NCBI GenBank assembly: GCA_035221665.1
Contig: CM069151.1
Coordinates: 29,450,001-29,514,000, forward strand
Reading direction: 5' to 3'
DNA from: Okamejei kenojei
Lineage: Eukaryota
Length of the DNA stretch: 64,000 bases
Shown here piece by piece: positions 38,001 to 50,240 of the stretch. The notes under the pieces were generated by a model. The model searched no databases and was not told the DNA's origin. It worked only from the letters and a program-made list of their open reading frames with translations. Position 1 is the first letter of the stretch; every line of letters begins with the position of its first letter. The translations under genes were made by a program, and so were the position numbers.

Positions 38001-40564
38001 ATATTCGGACAAGGAAAAGCAAATGGGAACCTCGAATATTCGTCAACTAAGGTAAGTATATAAACATTTCGAGAGGAGGATGGTAAAGGCCCTTTGAAGT
38101 CAATGCTCAAATTTTCCATAGGTTGAGTAGCTTTGATCAATCTTCCTTCTTCAGGACGGAAGAACCTTGGTTTTAATTCAGCACAGATTCTACATGAAGC
38201 ACACGTCATCTTCACATCTTCTGTAGAGAAAGGTAAGGTTTTGGAACGAACATAGTGTAATAAACGAGTGACTCCAGGATGACACATCCCATTGTGAAGA
38301 TCAGTGAGTGCAGAAGAATGAACAGAGGCACAAAATGCTCGAGTTAATGTATCCGGAGCAACATTATCCTTACCAGGGTGGTACTCAATTGAATAACTAT
38401 GTGCAGATAATTCAATCCTCCATTCATGAATTTTACTTTTCTTAATCTTCGTTCGCTTTCGATTTTCCAGCATAAAAGCTACTGAACGCTGATCTGTTAT
38501 CACAGTGAAGTGCTGGCGAGCAAGGAAATGACTCCATTTTCTCACTGCTTCAATAATTGCTGTAGCTTCCTTTTTGACAGATGGGTAGTGCAATTCACTA
38601 CCTTGGAGAGTACGAGACATGAAAGCCACTGGTCGTCCTCCTTGATTTAATGTTGCTGATAATGTTAAATCAGAGGCATCACATTCAACAACAAAGGGGA
38701 GATCCTCGTCAATGGCGTGTAATGTCGCAGATTCCAATTGTTTCTTTAAAGAAGTAAAAGCACCAATTGCTGTAGAGTCAAGCGGGAAAGATTTTGCTCT
38801 AATCAAAGGCTGAATTTTGTCAGAAAAATTTGGTATCCATTTTGCATAATATGCAAACATCCCAAGGACCCTTCGTAGAGAGTTTAATGTAACTGGAACA
38901 GGTATCTCTTGGAGTGGGCAGAGTCTTTCTGGATCAGGCTTGATTATATCATTTCCAACCCAATAACCAAGAATATTAATTGATGACACTGATGTTATTG
39001 ACTTAGCCTCATTTAATGTTAGATTGTTAGAATGTACAACATCTAAAAACCGTTGTACATTTTCATCATGTTCAGCTTGGTGTTTTCCTGCAATAGTTAT
39101 GTTATCAAGATAAGGGAAAGTATCTTTAAGGTTTTCCTGTTCAACAAGTTTGTCCATCTCTCTCTGAAAAACAGCCACGCCATTAGTTACACCAAAAGGA
39201 ACTCTGCAGTAGTGATAGATCATTTCCCATTTGCTTCAAAAGCAGTGTATTTCTTCTCTGATTCCTTCAAGGGAATTTGGTAGTAAGCACTTTTTAAGTC
39301 AAAAGTAGAGAATATCTTATACTTAGCTAATGTATTGATAATCTCTTCTATTCGAGGTAGTGGATATGCATCAAGGTCCGTGAACTGGTTTATAGTTTGA
39401 GAGTAATCAATGCAGAGTCTTTTCCTATGTCTCTCCAAGGGGTCCTTAACCACGCCAACTTGTGCCCTCCAAGGGGGAAGAGCTGGGTTCCTATCATCTT
39501 TCTAAAGTGTCTTGATAATTTGGCTTTTGAGTGATTTGAATAATGAGACATTGTCAGAGCCATCGAGATTTCCTTTATTTGAAGGAATTATGGTTAGATT
39601 GAGACGAGACAAACTTATAAAACTTCAACTTGTTCACTTATAAAACTTTCTGAACTGCCAGAATCAAGTAATACATTAAGTGTATGGCCATTAATGGATA
39701 CCATTGTAGCTGCATGAGACAAGCTCTGAGGAAATGCAGCTGTAATTGCACATAAAGAAGGCGTATACATGGCAGCAGTCACAATTTTTGTAGTTGCTTT
39801 GGACTTGCATTCTCTAGAATAATGTCCCTTCTTGCCACAACTATTACAAGTTGCCTCTCGAGCAGGGCATATCTCTCTCTTATGAATATTACCCCCGCAA
39901 AAGTAACAGTTCCTTTTTGAATAATTATATGCTGCAGCAAGGGCACCTTTATCTGTAGAAATTGTTTCGGTTTTCTCCATATTTGTACTTGGGTGAAATT
40001 CGTTTGTAGTAGTTGCAGCAGAATACACATTAGATGAGCCATAAGCATCTGAATTTTTCTGAGCCAAGTCCAAAGAGTAAGCTTGATTGTAAGCTGACTG
40101 TAAATCCAAGGTTTTGAGTTCTAATAGTCTCTGTCGTATTAAAGGCGATGCCAAACCATTGATAAAAGAGTCTCGAATAACTTCCTGTCGATATTGATCA
40201 GCCGTAACTGCTTTGAAGGCACAGTCTTTACTAAGTCTTTGAAGTTCTTGTAAAATTCATCAAGTTACTCACCAGGTTTTTGTTTCCGAGTAGCAAGGAG
40301 GTGTCGAGCGAGTATCACGTTGGGTGTCTTAACGAAGAGTCTGCTTAGTACATCAATAGCAGAATCATAAGTTGTACATTCCTCTATGTACTCGTATACA
40401 TCAGAAGAGACAAAGCTTATTAATGTCTTAAGCCTGTCTGGTGCACCGTTGCCACAATCCTCAAAGAAGTTATTTAGTATACGAAGCCAGTGCTTCCAAT
40501 TCTTTGCAGCAGCAGGTGAGTTGGGATCCAGATCCAAGCGTTGGGGTTTCAATAGTTTCTCCAT
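35022..40564 (-). pseudogene. Gypsy gag-pol, frameshifted and interrupted by CR1
   Basis: ORF pieces 40265-40564, 39615-40154, 39220-39453, 37529-39223 and 35140-35352. The final frame ends LRRSSRCIKPPDRLNL* with the stop at 35022-35024. Confidence 0.9.
35354..37531 (-). mobile_element. CR1 LINE (about 2.2 kb, 5'-truncated) nested in the Gypsy integrase
   Basis: [36 protein letters not shown] and KFADD motifs. (TTTCTATG)n tail. AGTC occurs at both junctions. Confidence 0.95.
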
Positions 40565-40606
40565 CCCAAGTCGGACTGTTTGACTTGTAAGATAAGTTGC
40601 TTAAAT

Positions 40607-40832
40607 TGTTGTGAGGTAAATGAAACTTTCACTACTTGTAATTTACTTAACTTTATTTAAGCTTTAAGCAACTTATTTCTTTAATACATTACTCAGAAAC
40701 GTCTGGCAAACATGGCTGATTCCGCAGGCTTTTCCCGCCCGAAATACTTTGCACATGCGCACACTCCGGGAATGTCCTGTGCATGCGCACACTATAGAAG
40801 AACCCCGCACATGCGCACATGCGCCCACTTCA
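40607..40832 (-). repeat. 5' LTR (226 bp)
   Basis: TGAAG...CAACA on minus; AATAAA at 40657-40652; lies 42 nt upstream of the gag ATG. Confidence 0.96.
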
Positions 40833-41456
40833 ATCCCTTTAGTAGAAACAAATGTGGAGCTAAGAACAACCGGCAACCAATAAATTGCATCAATTTATCA
40901 CTGACATTTTCCTTCTCCTTTGCTGTCTATGATGGGCCTAAATGGAGTGATCCCAGGCATTGGAAACTAACGGAGCACTACAATGTTTCCTCGAGGATTG
41001 TGAGATTGTAATTTCTTTTCAGACATTCAGCACCATCTGTGTTTTTTAAGGACTGCATGCTGCATTTGTTCAGATGCTGAGCTGCTTTCGGAATCTTTTT
41101 GTACTTTAAATGGGCTGAATCAGCTCTGTTCTGAAGTAACGCCAGCATTAACCCCATGTTGGTTAGTGTGTTCCCTCAGACTCAGCTTCTGGCAAGAGAG
41201 TGTCTGAGTAAATGTGTACTGTTTTTCCCTTTCCTTTTGCTGTGTTTCTGAGCAATCCAGTGCTAGAATGCACTGAGACCACAAAGCTCTTGCTGATACC
41301 ACTGTGCAGGGATTTGTGCATTGCCATCATTTATCAAGAGGGGCCAATCATCTTTGGCCCTTGTGTGAATTGAGAATTTAGGGCAATTAAGTGGAATGGA
41401 AATGAAATGTGTTAGGGCAGGTGAATGTGAAGGTCTGTGGATATGATGAGCCTTGG

Positions 41457-41760
41457 AGGGTGGCACAGTGGTGCAGCTGGTAAAGCTGATGCCTCGCAAC
41501 CCCAAAGACCCAGGTTCGATCCTGACAAGGGGTGCTGCCTGTGTGGAGTTTGCAAATTCTCCCTGTGACCGCATGGATTTCCTCCGGGTGCTCCGGTTTC
41601 CTCCCACATTGCGGGTTTGTAGGTTAATTGTCTTATGCGAATTGCCTGTAAGGCATAGGGAGAGGATGTAAAAGTGGGATCACTGAACTGGTGTGAACAG
41701 GTCGTCGACGGTCGTTGTGGGCTTGTTGGGCTGAAGGGCTTGGTACCATGTTGTATCTGT
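41457..41760 (+). mobile_element. HE1/V-SINE-like SINE
   Basis: GGTGGCACAGTGGTGCAGCTGG, GGTTCGATCC and GGTGCTCCGGTTTCCTCCCAC core. Confidence 0.87.
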
Positions 41761-43079
41761 TAATCAATTCAATATTCCCTGTCTGACTATTAAGTTATGG
41801 GGAAATGTGGGAATGGACAATCCTAATCGGTTCCATCTCCCTGCCTTCTCTCCAAGTCCTGATTTTGCTTTTTTTTTAAATATCTGCTCATTTATTTTTT
41901 CATCAGCCATAACTACAAAGAGATCAGTCACATTGTTATAAAATACACAAAATGTACAAGAAGTCAGTCTGCATCTGTAAAAAAAGAAATGGAAACAACA
42001 TATCATTCAGAGATCATTGACCTGAAACATAGATCCGTTTCACTCTCCACAACTGCTACCAGAACTGTTGAATATTTCCAGTTTTCTGTTTCTATTTTTG
42101 TCTTCCAACAGCATTTCTGCACCAATTTGTTTTTAGGCAGTCAGCTGTGTTCATTGTTCCTTTTGTCACCTGTAGTTGTTGCATTTCTGCTATTTCCATC
42201 AGTCTCTGGTTTCAAATCACCAACTCTGTGTCAGTTCTTTAATATTTATTGTAAGATGAAGTTGGCTAAAAACTAATTCCACACTGACAGCCTGGAGCTT
42301 GCTTTGTAGCCATGTCACCAAGCTGTACGCAGTTTCTCAACTTCAATCCTCTGAAGTCAATGAAATTAGTTTTGGAAGTAGTGAAGACTGCTGAGATTGC
42401 TAAGTAACGTTTCTAAAGTATAGGGCGTTGAGATTACTATGAAACACATCCACCATGGGAGTGAATGTGAGGCAATTGTAATCTTGCGAGAAGGAATTTA
42501 CATTAAGATGACATCTGACCCAAATACCACTGCTGAGAGTGCAGTTACCTTTGTGCAGTAAGACTTCACTGCTGGTATTGTGTAATTTCAATGTGTCAGG
42601 TCACAATAGTCCAATTCTTGGAAGCTGTTTATCCCACAAGAGCCATCTGGACTAACCCCCATGTCATGCTCAGTCCCCATATCGTACAGCAGTCCCCACA
42701 TAAAGCAACTATCAAATTCCCTTTGAGAGAATTTATGTCCTTTGCTAAAATATTGGATTTTATTATTAGATCACACGTCCTTCCGTGGAGAGTAAAGATA
42801 TTTTATGACCATCGCTTTTGGTCATAAATTTGTGCCCTCCCTTAGTTTTGAGTTGATCAGTGGCAGCAATCTATTACTGTTTAGCTTCTCATTTACCTTT
42901 GTGGTGTTGAAGATCTTGATCAGGTCATTTCCTCCATTGTGATAAAAACACTTGCATTTCAAGTGTTTCTTCATAATAATGGCCTTCCGTCCACAATAAT
43001 GGGTCAGTTAACATTTATTTAATCCTTCTGTATTAAAGCAGATTGTGAAACTTTGGCTAACTGATCTTGTGTAAGTTCA

Positions 43080-43218
43080 AGAAAGAACTGCAGATGCTGG
43101 AAAAATCGAAGGTAGATAAAAGTGCTGGAGAAACTCAGCGGGTGAGGCAGCATCTATGGAGTGAAGGAATAGGTGATGTTTCAGGTCGAGACTCTTCTTC
43201 AGACTGAAGAAGGATCTC
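43080..43218 (-). mobile_element. Penelope-derived module
   Basis: GAACTGCAGATGCTGG...CTCTTCTTCAGACTGAAGAAGG, flanked by GTAAGTTCA at 43071-43079 and 43219-43227. Confidence 0.8.
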
Positions 43219-46200
43219 GTAAGTTCATACCCTTTTTTATTCTTCAAAAATCAACGGATTCTCTGTTTTGTTTGAACTGTGTAATCTGGCAACATTTTAT
43301 TTGTGTTTAGTGATCTATGTATGTGCACTCTTCCCCTCCCTTGCATTTAAAGTCTTGCTGTTTAAGGGGCAGTCACATTCTTCCTTCTAACCTCTTGCTT
43401 TATGCCGCATGTCTGTTGGTCCTAATGGGGTAATCGTCAGCTCATTGCAGTCCGTCGCACACTCGCACAGAATCTGAGGGAAGGGGCTTCAAGCTGTGTG
43501 CTGCTGTGGCCCTGTCCCCCAAAACTCCCTGACAACCTTGTGTGCACTAACAAACGATTAAAGACTATTAACATGAATCAATGTGGTTTGTATCCTATTT
43601 CAAATGAATGGATGCTCCTTTTCTTTGACATAAACCCACCCACTGGATAAATCCCTGTACATTCTCCTCAGGGCTCAAAGATGGACAGTGACAGCGTGGG
43701 CAGCCGGGTGTGATAACATCCTACCTACAACGCAACTCCAATGGCCACCCTTTACTGGAGCTGCACAGCAGTCCAAAACGTTTTGAGACAAAGGCAGCCA
43801 ATTGGGAGTTGCCCATCAGAATGGTTGCCTGCCTGCCAGTAAGATTCAGCTCAAATGTTTTCTTGAAGTTGGATTGAGCTAAACGGTGAATCAGAAACAG
43901 TTGGTGCGCAGTTGGATAGCAAGTGGAGCTGAGTTAAGTTACAGAGAGACCAATGCCAAAAAAGAGTGGACACATAGATCAAAGGGATGGTGGGGGATCA
44001 AAACAGTGGAAGGTGATTAAGTGGATCACTGGAGGGATTGCTTTTCTCCAGAGATGCTGCCTAACTCGCCGAGTTTCTCCAGCATTTTGTGTTTATCTTA
44101 AGAATATCGATCAGGAAATTGGTAACTCAGAAAGTAAAGGCAAGAACAGCTTTCAGGTGACAACAGTGATGATGTGGCAAGGTCAGATAGAGGTCCTCTC
44201 CCCAGTTTTATCTACGCCAAATGCGAAACATTTTCATGCACTTCTTCCACAGGCTCAAAATTGAAACGAATAATTGAGTGAACTGTTCCAATTTATCAAC
44301 TGAACAATTTATCAATTGAGTTTTTTCTTCAATCCATCATGTTGGATAGACTTGCAGAAGAAAGGATTTCAGATTTGGTGGGAGAAGAGATCGACCAGAG
44401 AATACTGCAGAGTCAATTTTCAACAGGATGCTAATGCAGTTCAAAGGAATATTGTTGGATTTTGTTTTGGTTGTAAAGTTTCATTCATTGTCATCTTGCA
44501 TTTCATCCAACAAAATAGAACTGATATTGGTGAAATGAAAATAGTTCTGTATGTTGAAAAGTACGTTGGCATGAATAGCAGCCATGTTGAAAACATAATC
44601 TATATTGCTTTTAATTATGTCTCAGGAATCTCCTTTCCAGCAACAAAATAATTAAAAGAAAACCCTAAAATAATGGGAGGGAATTCTGGTTAGCAGTCAT
44701 AAGGTCATAAGTGATAGGAGCAGAATTAGGCCATTCGGCCCATCAAGTCTACGCTGCCATTCAGTCTAAACTCGAGAAAGGATGATGATAAGTGTGAGGA
44801 GTTGGCAGGTTTGTCTGGCCCACTTTATGAAAGAACTACTTGCAATCTTCAGCCTCTTTTTGTTTTAGCATTTGTACCATTGTACCTGACAGAGTTCATC
44901 CTTCAAAACACACCATTTAATCTGCTGAGATTTGCGACTGAACAAAATGACTAAATATAACAGATGCCAGAAAAAATAATCCAGCTTCTTTTTATTATTG
45001 TTTATTTTTCTAGCATTATCCATTGTGCATAATAATAGATTTTCTCACAATGCTCTGAACTGTGTGTGGATTTGTGGCAGTTTGTAAATGCATGCCAACC
45101 ATTTGACAGTAAGTGCATAATCTGCGACATTATGCATCCTCATTCAGCTGTGCGGTGATGAAGAATTATAGCAGGTTTCCTTCCCTTAATGTATGTTCAT
45201 GTAAAGTAACCCGTTATCCGTTGACACCATTGTGGAATAAATAAACAAAATCCGTAGGAGAAAAATCATGTTGATTTCATGTGCACTGCTGAATTTTTAT
45301 TTTGGCAGGTTGTCAGATCCTTTGTCTGTATCAGATGCAATAAGCTCACCTCGACACAGGAACAATTCCACTGATAACGTTGACAGGAGCCCATTCCATC
45401 AGAGTGGCTGGTGAGCTAGGCAGGCAGCTATGTTTAAACACACTTGGTTTAAAAATAGAGGCAGCACTAGATAATGTCAAATATTTTTTATGTCCCTGGT
45501 TGAAACACATTCTGATAATAAAGTGAATTTTTCGACTTGCACAAACTAATTTTGTATATTTTCGAAACTGATGAAAGCTTTTTTACTTAGGAACCATGAT
45601 TTTCATCATTCCATACAAGTCCACCTGGTGATCGAATCTCATGTTAACACGAATCCATTTTATTTTCAAATGCATTGTGCCGATCTTTTCATAACACGCC
45701 CATTTTGTAGATTCTTATTTTCCCTTCTGCCTATTTTTGAAGGAATTATAATCCCACTATTGCATTCATCAAGATTGCGGCAGTTATATTTTCTAAAACT
45801 GTTTCTGTTTAGAGTTAAATAATTCTGTTCCCAAACATGACAATTACCCATTGCCACCTAGGCTTAGTCCCTCTTAATTTCCACCTTTTCCAATATTTTG
45901 TGCATAATGGAAAGAAAACAGCAGATTACTGATCCCCACAACTTTGCCTATGAAACAGAAATACCAGATGAGGATGCCAAATAGTAATTTAAATTGGTCT
46001 AATTTAAAATATTTCCCTTGATTATGATATTAATTACATTCTATCAAATCAGCTATTGCTAGGAACTGACTCTGTGCTGATGCCTGATTTCAGCCTTTTC
46101 TTTAGGGCAATGACAGCAATTGGAGGCTCAGTAATTACCTGCAGGGAAAAAGCTTCAGGACAAGTATCCATAAAATGCTGTGCATCTTCTCCCAGCTTTT

Positions 46201-47096
46201 ATTAAGAATACTGAGAAACTCTAACAAATGAGGCTGCTAGCTGAGTGTTAGTTATATTATCATTTTTTTAGAAATGCTGATAAAATGAGCTACACTTGAG
46301 CATAAATCAGACTCTATTTTTGCTAATGTTATTGCATTAAGAGTGTGTTTTATTGAAGTGATCTTAGGGTGAACATTGCAAATTAAAATGTTCAATATTC
46401 TTTATAATAAAATATTGTAATAATAAGACTTGTGATAGCTACATTTGCCTTAACCATTAGGATTTCCCCAACATTAGATTTATCAAAACCACCTGCAGAC
46501 TAACAGCTTTTGATTATTAGTGCGTCATCAGGCGATTATTGCGACAGACGTCATCTTTAGTCTTATGATCCTTTCTAAAATACAAAAGTCTAATGAAAGA
46601 TAGGTGGGCCGAAAGTCCTTGTTTCTGCACTATATCTCAAAACAAATAATTGAGTGTTCAGCATCTGAGATGCACTGCTGAAGTAGTAGTGGAGACAGAT
46701 ACGACTGTGGTATTGAAAAGGGAGCTGGATTAATATCTCAAACAACTTAATGTTCAGGGGTTATGGGCAGAGGGCAGAGGAACGGGTCTCGTGAAATTGC
46801 TCATACATAGATCCAGAATGGACCCAATGAGCCAAATAGCTTTTGAGAGTCTGTGCACTATTAAGCTCATGCCCTTGAATCAGTGCAACTCCATAAAAAC
46901 AATAAATTCCAATACAGTTAACTTTAACTATTTGAGAGCTAGTTTGCTTTCAGATGAAACCATCAGGTACCTTTGTGATCTGAGAAATAATTTTTGAATG
47001 GAGCCAGTATCAGCGCAGCTTAGCAGCTCCACAAGAATTATCATTTGTTATTCAAAAAAAGAGATATAAAACATCACGCAGCGGTAGAGTGGCGTG

Positions 47097-47364
47097 ATGA
47101 TAGTTCCTACCTTACAGCACCAGAAACCCGCATTCAATCCTGACCACAGGTGCTGTCTGTAAGTACTTTGCATGTTCTCTCTGTAATCGGGTGGGGTTTC
47201 TCCGGGTGCCTCGGTTTCCTTCACATTCCAAAGATGGCAGGTTTCTAGGTTAATTGACCTTTTTAAATAAAAACCTAATTTGTAGTGTACGGGTGATCAC
47301 TGGTCAGCATGGACTCAATGGGCTGAAGGGCCTGTTTCCACGCTGGATCTCTAACTAAACTAAA
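47097..47364 (+). mobile_element. HE1/V-SINE-like SINE
   Basis: CCTTACAGCACCAGA head, core and (CTAAA) tail. Confidence 0.8.
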
Positions 47365-48167
47365 TGGGAACTGCAGTATAATTATCTGGCAACATTTTAA
47401 AAACATGAAAGCTAGGCATTAGATATAACAACAAATGAGCATTGTTGTGAGCTGTGGCTGTTTAATTTTGATGTTGAAATAGATCATTTTGCCTGAGAGG
47501 TTTAATGAGGTTGTTTTCCGAAGATCAGGCTCTCTAGAAAATGAATAACTTTGTCCCCAGGGTCTGATTCAGACAGTCTCAGGTTGACAGTCGTCAGCCT
47601 ACCTGAAATATTATGACAAGGTAATGAATCTCAGTGAATTATTTGATGAAATCTGAGGCTGTTGACTGAGCTGATCGGACTCTACCTGGGTCTCAGTGCT
47701 ACTTGATGACAGGAAGCATTTTGGAGCTGTACCGTGCCGAGTGCCACCTCTGGAAGGCTCGTTTTTCTTTTGTTCAGTGAAAATGACAGAGAAGCAGCAT
47801 CAATTGCATGCATTCTCCTGTCAGCCAACAACCATGGGTGAAAAACTCCTTTGGCAAAACGACGAGCTTGTTTCCAAATCAAAAACACATGAGAACTTGT
47901 GCTTCTTGGAGTTATTCTCCTAGCGTACGGAGCTCGTGATAAGCGCGCAGACTCTGTGTAGAGTTTGTGAGTTCTCCCAACCAAATTAATATGGTTCATA
48001 AATGGAATTTATTGCTTGGTTTAATAGGTATTGTTCTCCCCACACCACACTTATTGCTCTGAGCAGTTCCAGTTCCTGTGAAGATCCTTGTTGGTGTTGA
48101 GACAAGCATGTAATGACACTGAGTGGCGATAAGCCTGCACCGTTGATTAATAATTATTGATTCTTAT

Positions 48168-48512
48168 TAGAAACATAGAAAACAGGTGCAGGAGTAGGCC
48201 AGTCAGTCCTTCGAGCCAGCACCACCATTCAATATGATCACGGCTGATCATCCAATATCAGAACCTCGTTCCTGCTTTCTCCCCATATCCCTTGATTCCG
48301 TTAGCCCAAAGAGCTAAATCGAACTCTTCAAAACATCCTGTGAATTGGCCTCCACTGCTTTCTGTGGCAGAGAATTCCACACATTCACAACTCTCTGGGT
48401 GAAAACGTTTTTTCTCATCACAGTCCTAAATGGCCTACCCCTTATTCTTAAATTGTGACCCCTGGGTCTGGACTCCCCCAACATTTTCCTGCATCTTGCC
48501 TCTCCAATCCTT
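48168..48512 (-). mobile_element. CR1 3' fragment
   Basis: (CATAGAAA)n tail and 3' UTR as in the CR1 copy ending at 35354. Confidence 0.85.
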
Positions 48513-49795
48513 CAATAATTGTTAGTATCAAAGGCTAACTCATTCTTGCTCAGTGAACAAGTCAACTCATCAACTGTTGAACTCTCCTTGCACTTCATGC
48601 TTCCCCCTGATATCACACAAGCTTTACGAATAATATAAAAGTGAGATCTAGTTGAGGAGGTAGTTTTTAATGTTATTGTATGCAGGTGACTGAATTCAAC
48701 TGACTGGGAACCGTGGGCAAGAGTGTAGAGAGCAACAGTGAGTTCTGGATTCAGGATGCACTGAAGATCGCATCTACTATATGACCTTTTGCTCTACCCT
48801 TTGGCACAGGTTTGAGTCCAGGGCATTTGGTAAGTCGCTGAACCAAGGGGCCCAGATACACTTTGTACCTAGCCTTCTAGCCGAATCATCGCCCCGCTCT
48901 TTTCAATGTGGTCACTGGACACCATTTAAAGCAAAAATTTAGAAAACGGTCGTCTATTTCTGTTTCTTTATCTCAATGTCTACTTGCTGTTTTTAATAAA
49001 TTGACGACAAGCCTGTTAAAGTTTTATTTGTTTATTTTCTCACCTCTTTACAGTGAGAAGGCAGCATGTGCAGTCCGAGACCACGGCAATGGTGCAGCAG
49101 AGAGGCTCTGGTTCTTGCTACCATTAGTCTGGTCGTAGAAACTAGTTGCTTCTCACAACGCACACCAGCTAAACAAAGGCTACAGCAGCAATGCTGGCAG
49201 TGAATGCGAGCCACACAGCCATGTATTGCAATTGCAGGACTTGTACGGACAGTGAGTGTGAGGTGCAGGCTGTGGCTGTGTGCACTCCAGCCCAATATAA
49301 TAATTCTATCACAGGTTCAGAAAACGACTTACTTATCATTGGACAGTCTGTGATTGCCTCGCTCAAAATAACCTGTGAGAGGAATTATTTTCTTGACAGA
49401 GGGCCGGTGCTTTAAATGAGGTCTTCCTAGATTCAAACTGTTTAAATCTACAATTGTACATGCGCAGAAATGATTCACTGAGCATCCATAATTTAAAGAT
49501 TAAGCCGCATCCACCCAACAAAGATGACAAAGCACATCGCTCATCCAGAAATTAGTTATTTTTCAACTGTAATTTCTTTGTGATGGACATTACATATCAA
49601 TAGTAATAATTAATACATGCTGTTAAAGAGACTTTGAAACGTTCCTTTTAAATAAAAGCCATAAATGCCCTGCTTCTCCATACCTCTCACACCAACATAC
49701 TCATGTCTTCACATATCTTCATGCATCAGACACTCATGCTTACATATGGTGTAACTATTTTTGATTCTGAAAATTGTACTATGTCAATGATAAAT

Positions 49796-50182
49796 AGGCC
49801 CATTCTTTGGAAAGTGAACCAAAGATGCACACACGTGACCAGGTGACATCACAAAGTAAAACATTAAACAATTATTGTAAGAGATTAATCTTATTCATTG
49901 CTATTTTCCAACCTACAGAACTATAATGCTTGTCTGCTAAAAATATGAACATTCTAGCTTTGTAAAATTCACAGAGTTTGCATCATGCTTCCGTGTGATG
50001 TCACACGTGACCAGTCATATCTTACCTCTGACCCTAAACAAACATTGTCAGCATGAGATATAAAAATTTCACTTGATAAACCAAAAAAAAAAAGAATACA
50101 CCTGTCATGCTTTCAGAATTGGAAGAGATGTATTCCGCAAATGTTCATCTTTTTGGTCACACACGTGACTAAGAATGGGCCA
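49796..50182. mobile_element. MITE-like element, possibly ISL2EU/PHIS-derived
   Basis: Termini AGGCCCATTCTT and AAGAATGGGCCA are flanked by AT on both sides. Internal inverted CACGTGAC and GTGACATCAC motifs. Confidence 0.55.
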
Positions 50183-50240
50183 ATATCATTGAGTGGCACA
50201 GTGACGCTGAGGTAGTAATAACGGCACATTTGAATAGCAA

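Larger units (their letters stand above)
34790..40832 (-). mobile_element. Ty3/Gypsy LTR retrotransposon, Mag-like, two LTRs, degenerate
   Basis: LTRs at 40607-40832 and 34790-35007 with TG..CA ends. TSD ATCCC at 34785-34789 and 40833-40837. PPT at 35008-35020. Gag with two CCHC knuckles, PR LLDSG, RT, RNase H (CDAS), and IN (HHCC, DDE). Several frameshifts. Confidence 0.97.

Noticed and set aside
37529-39223. 564-aa ORF as a domesticated host gene
   Set aside because: It sits between near-identical LTRs, begins at a frameshift and ends at a CR1 insertion.
47682-47999. 105-aa minus ORF as a nested gene exon
   Set aside because: No recognisable domain, partly SINE-like sequence, and no convincing splice sites.
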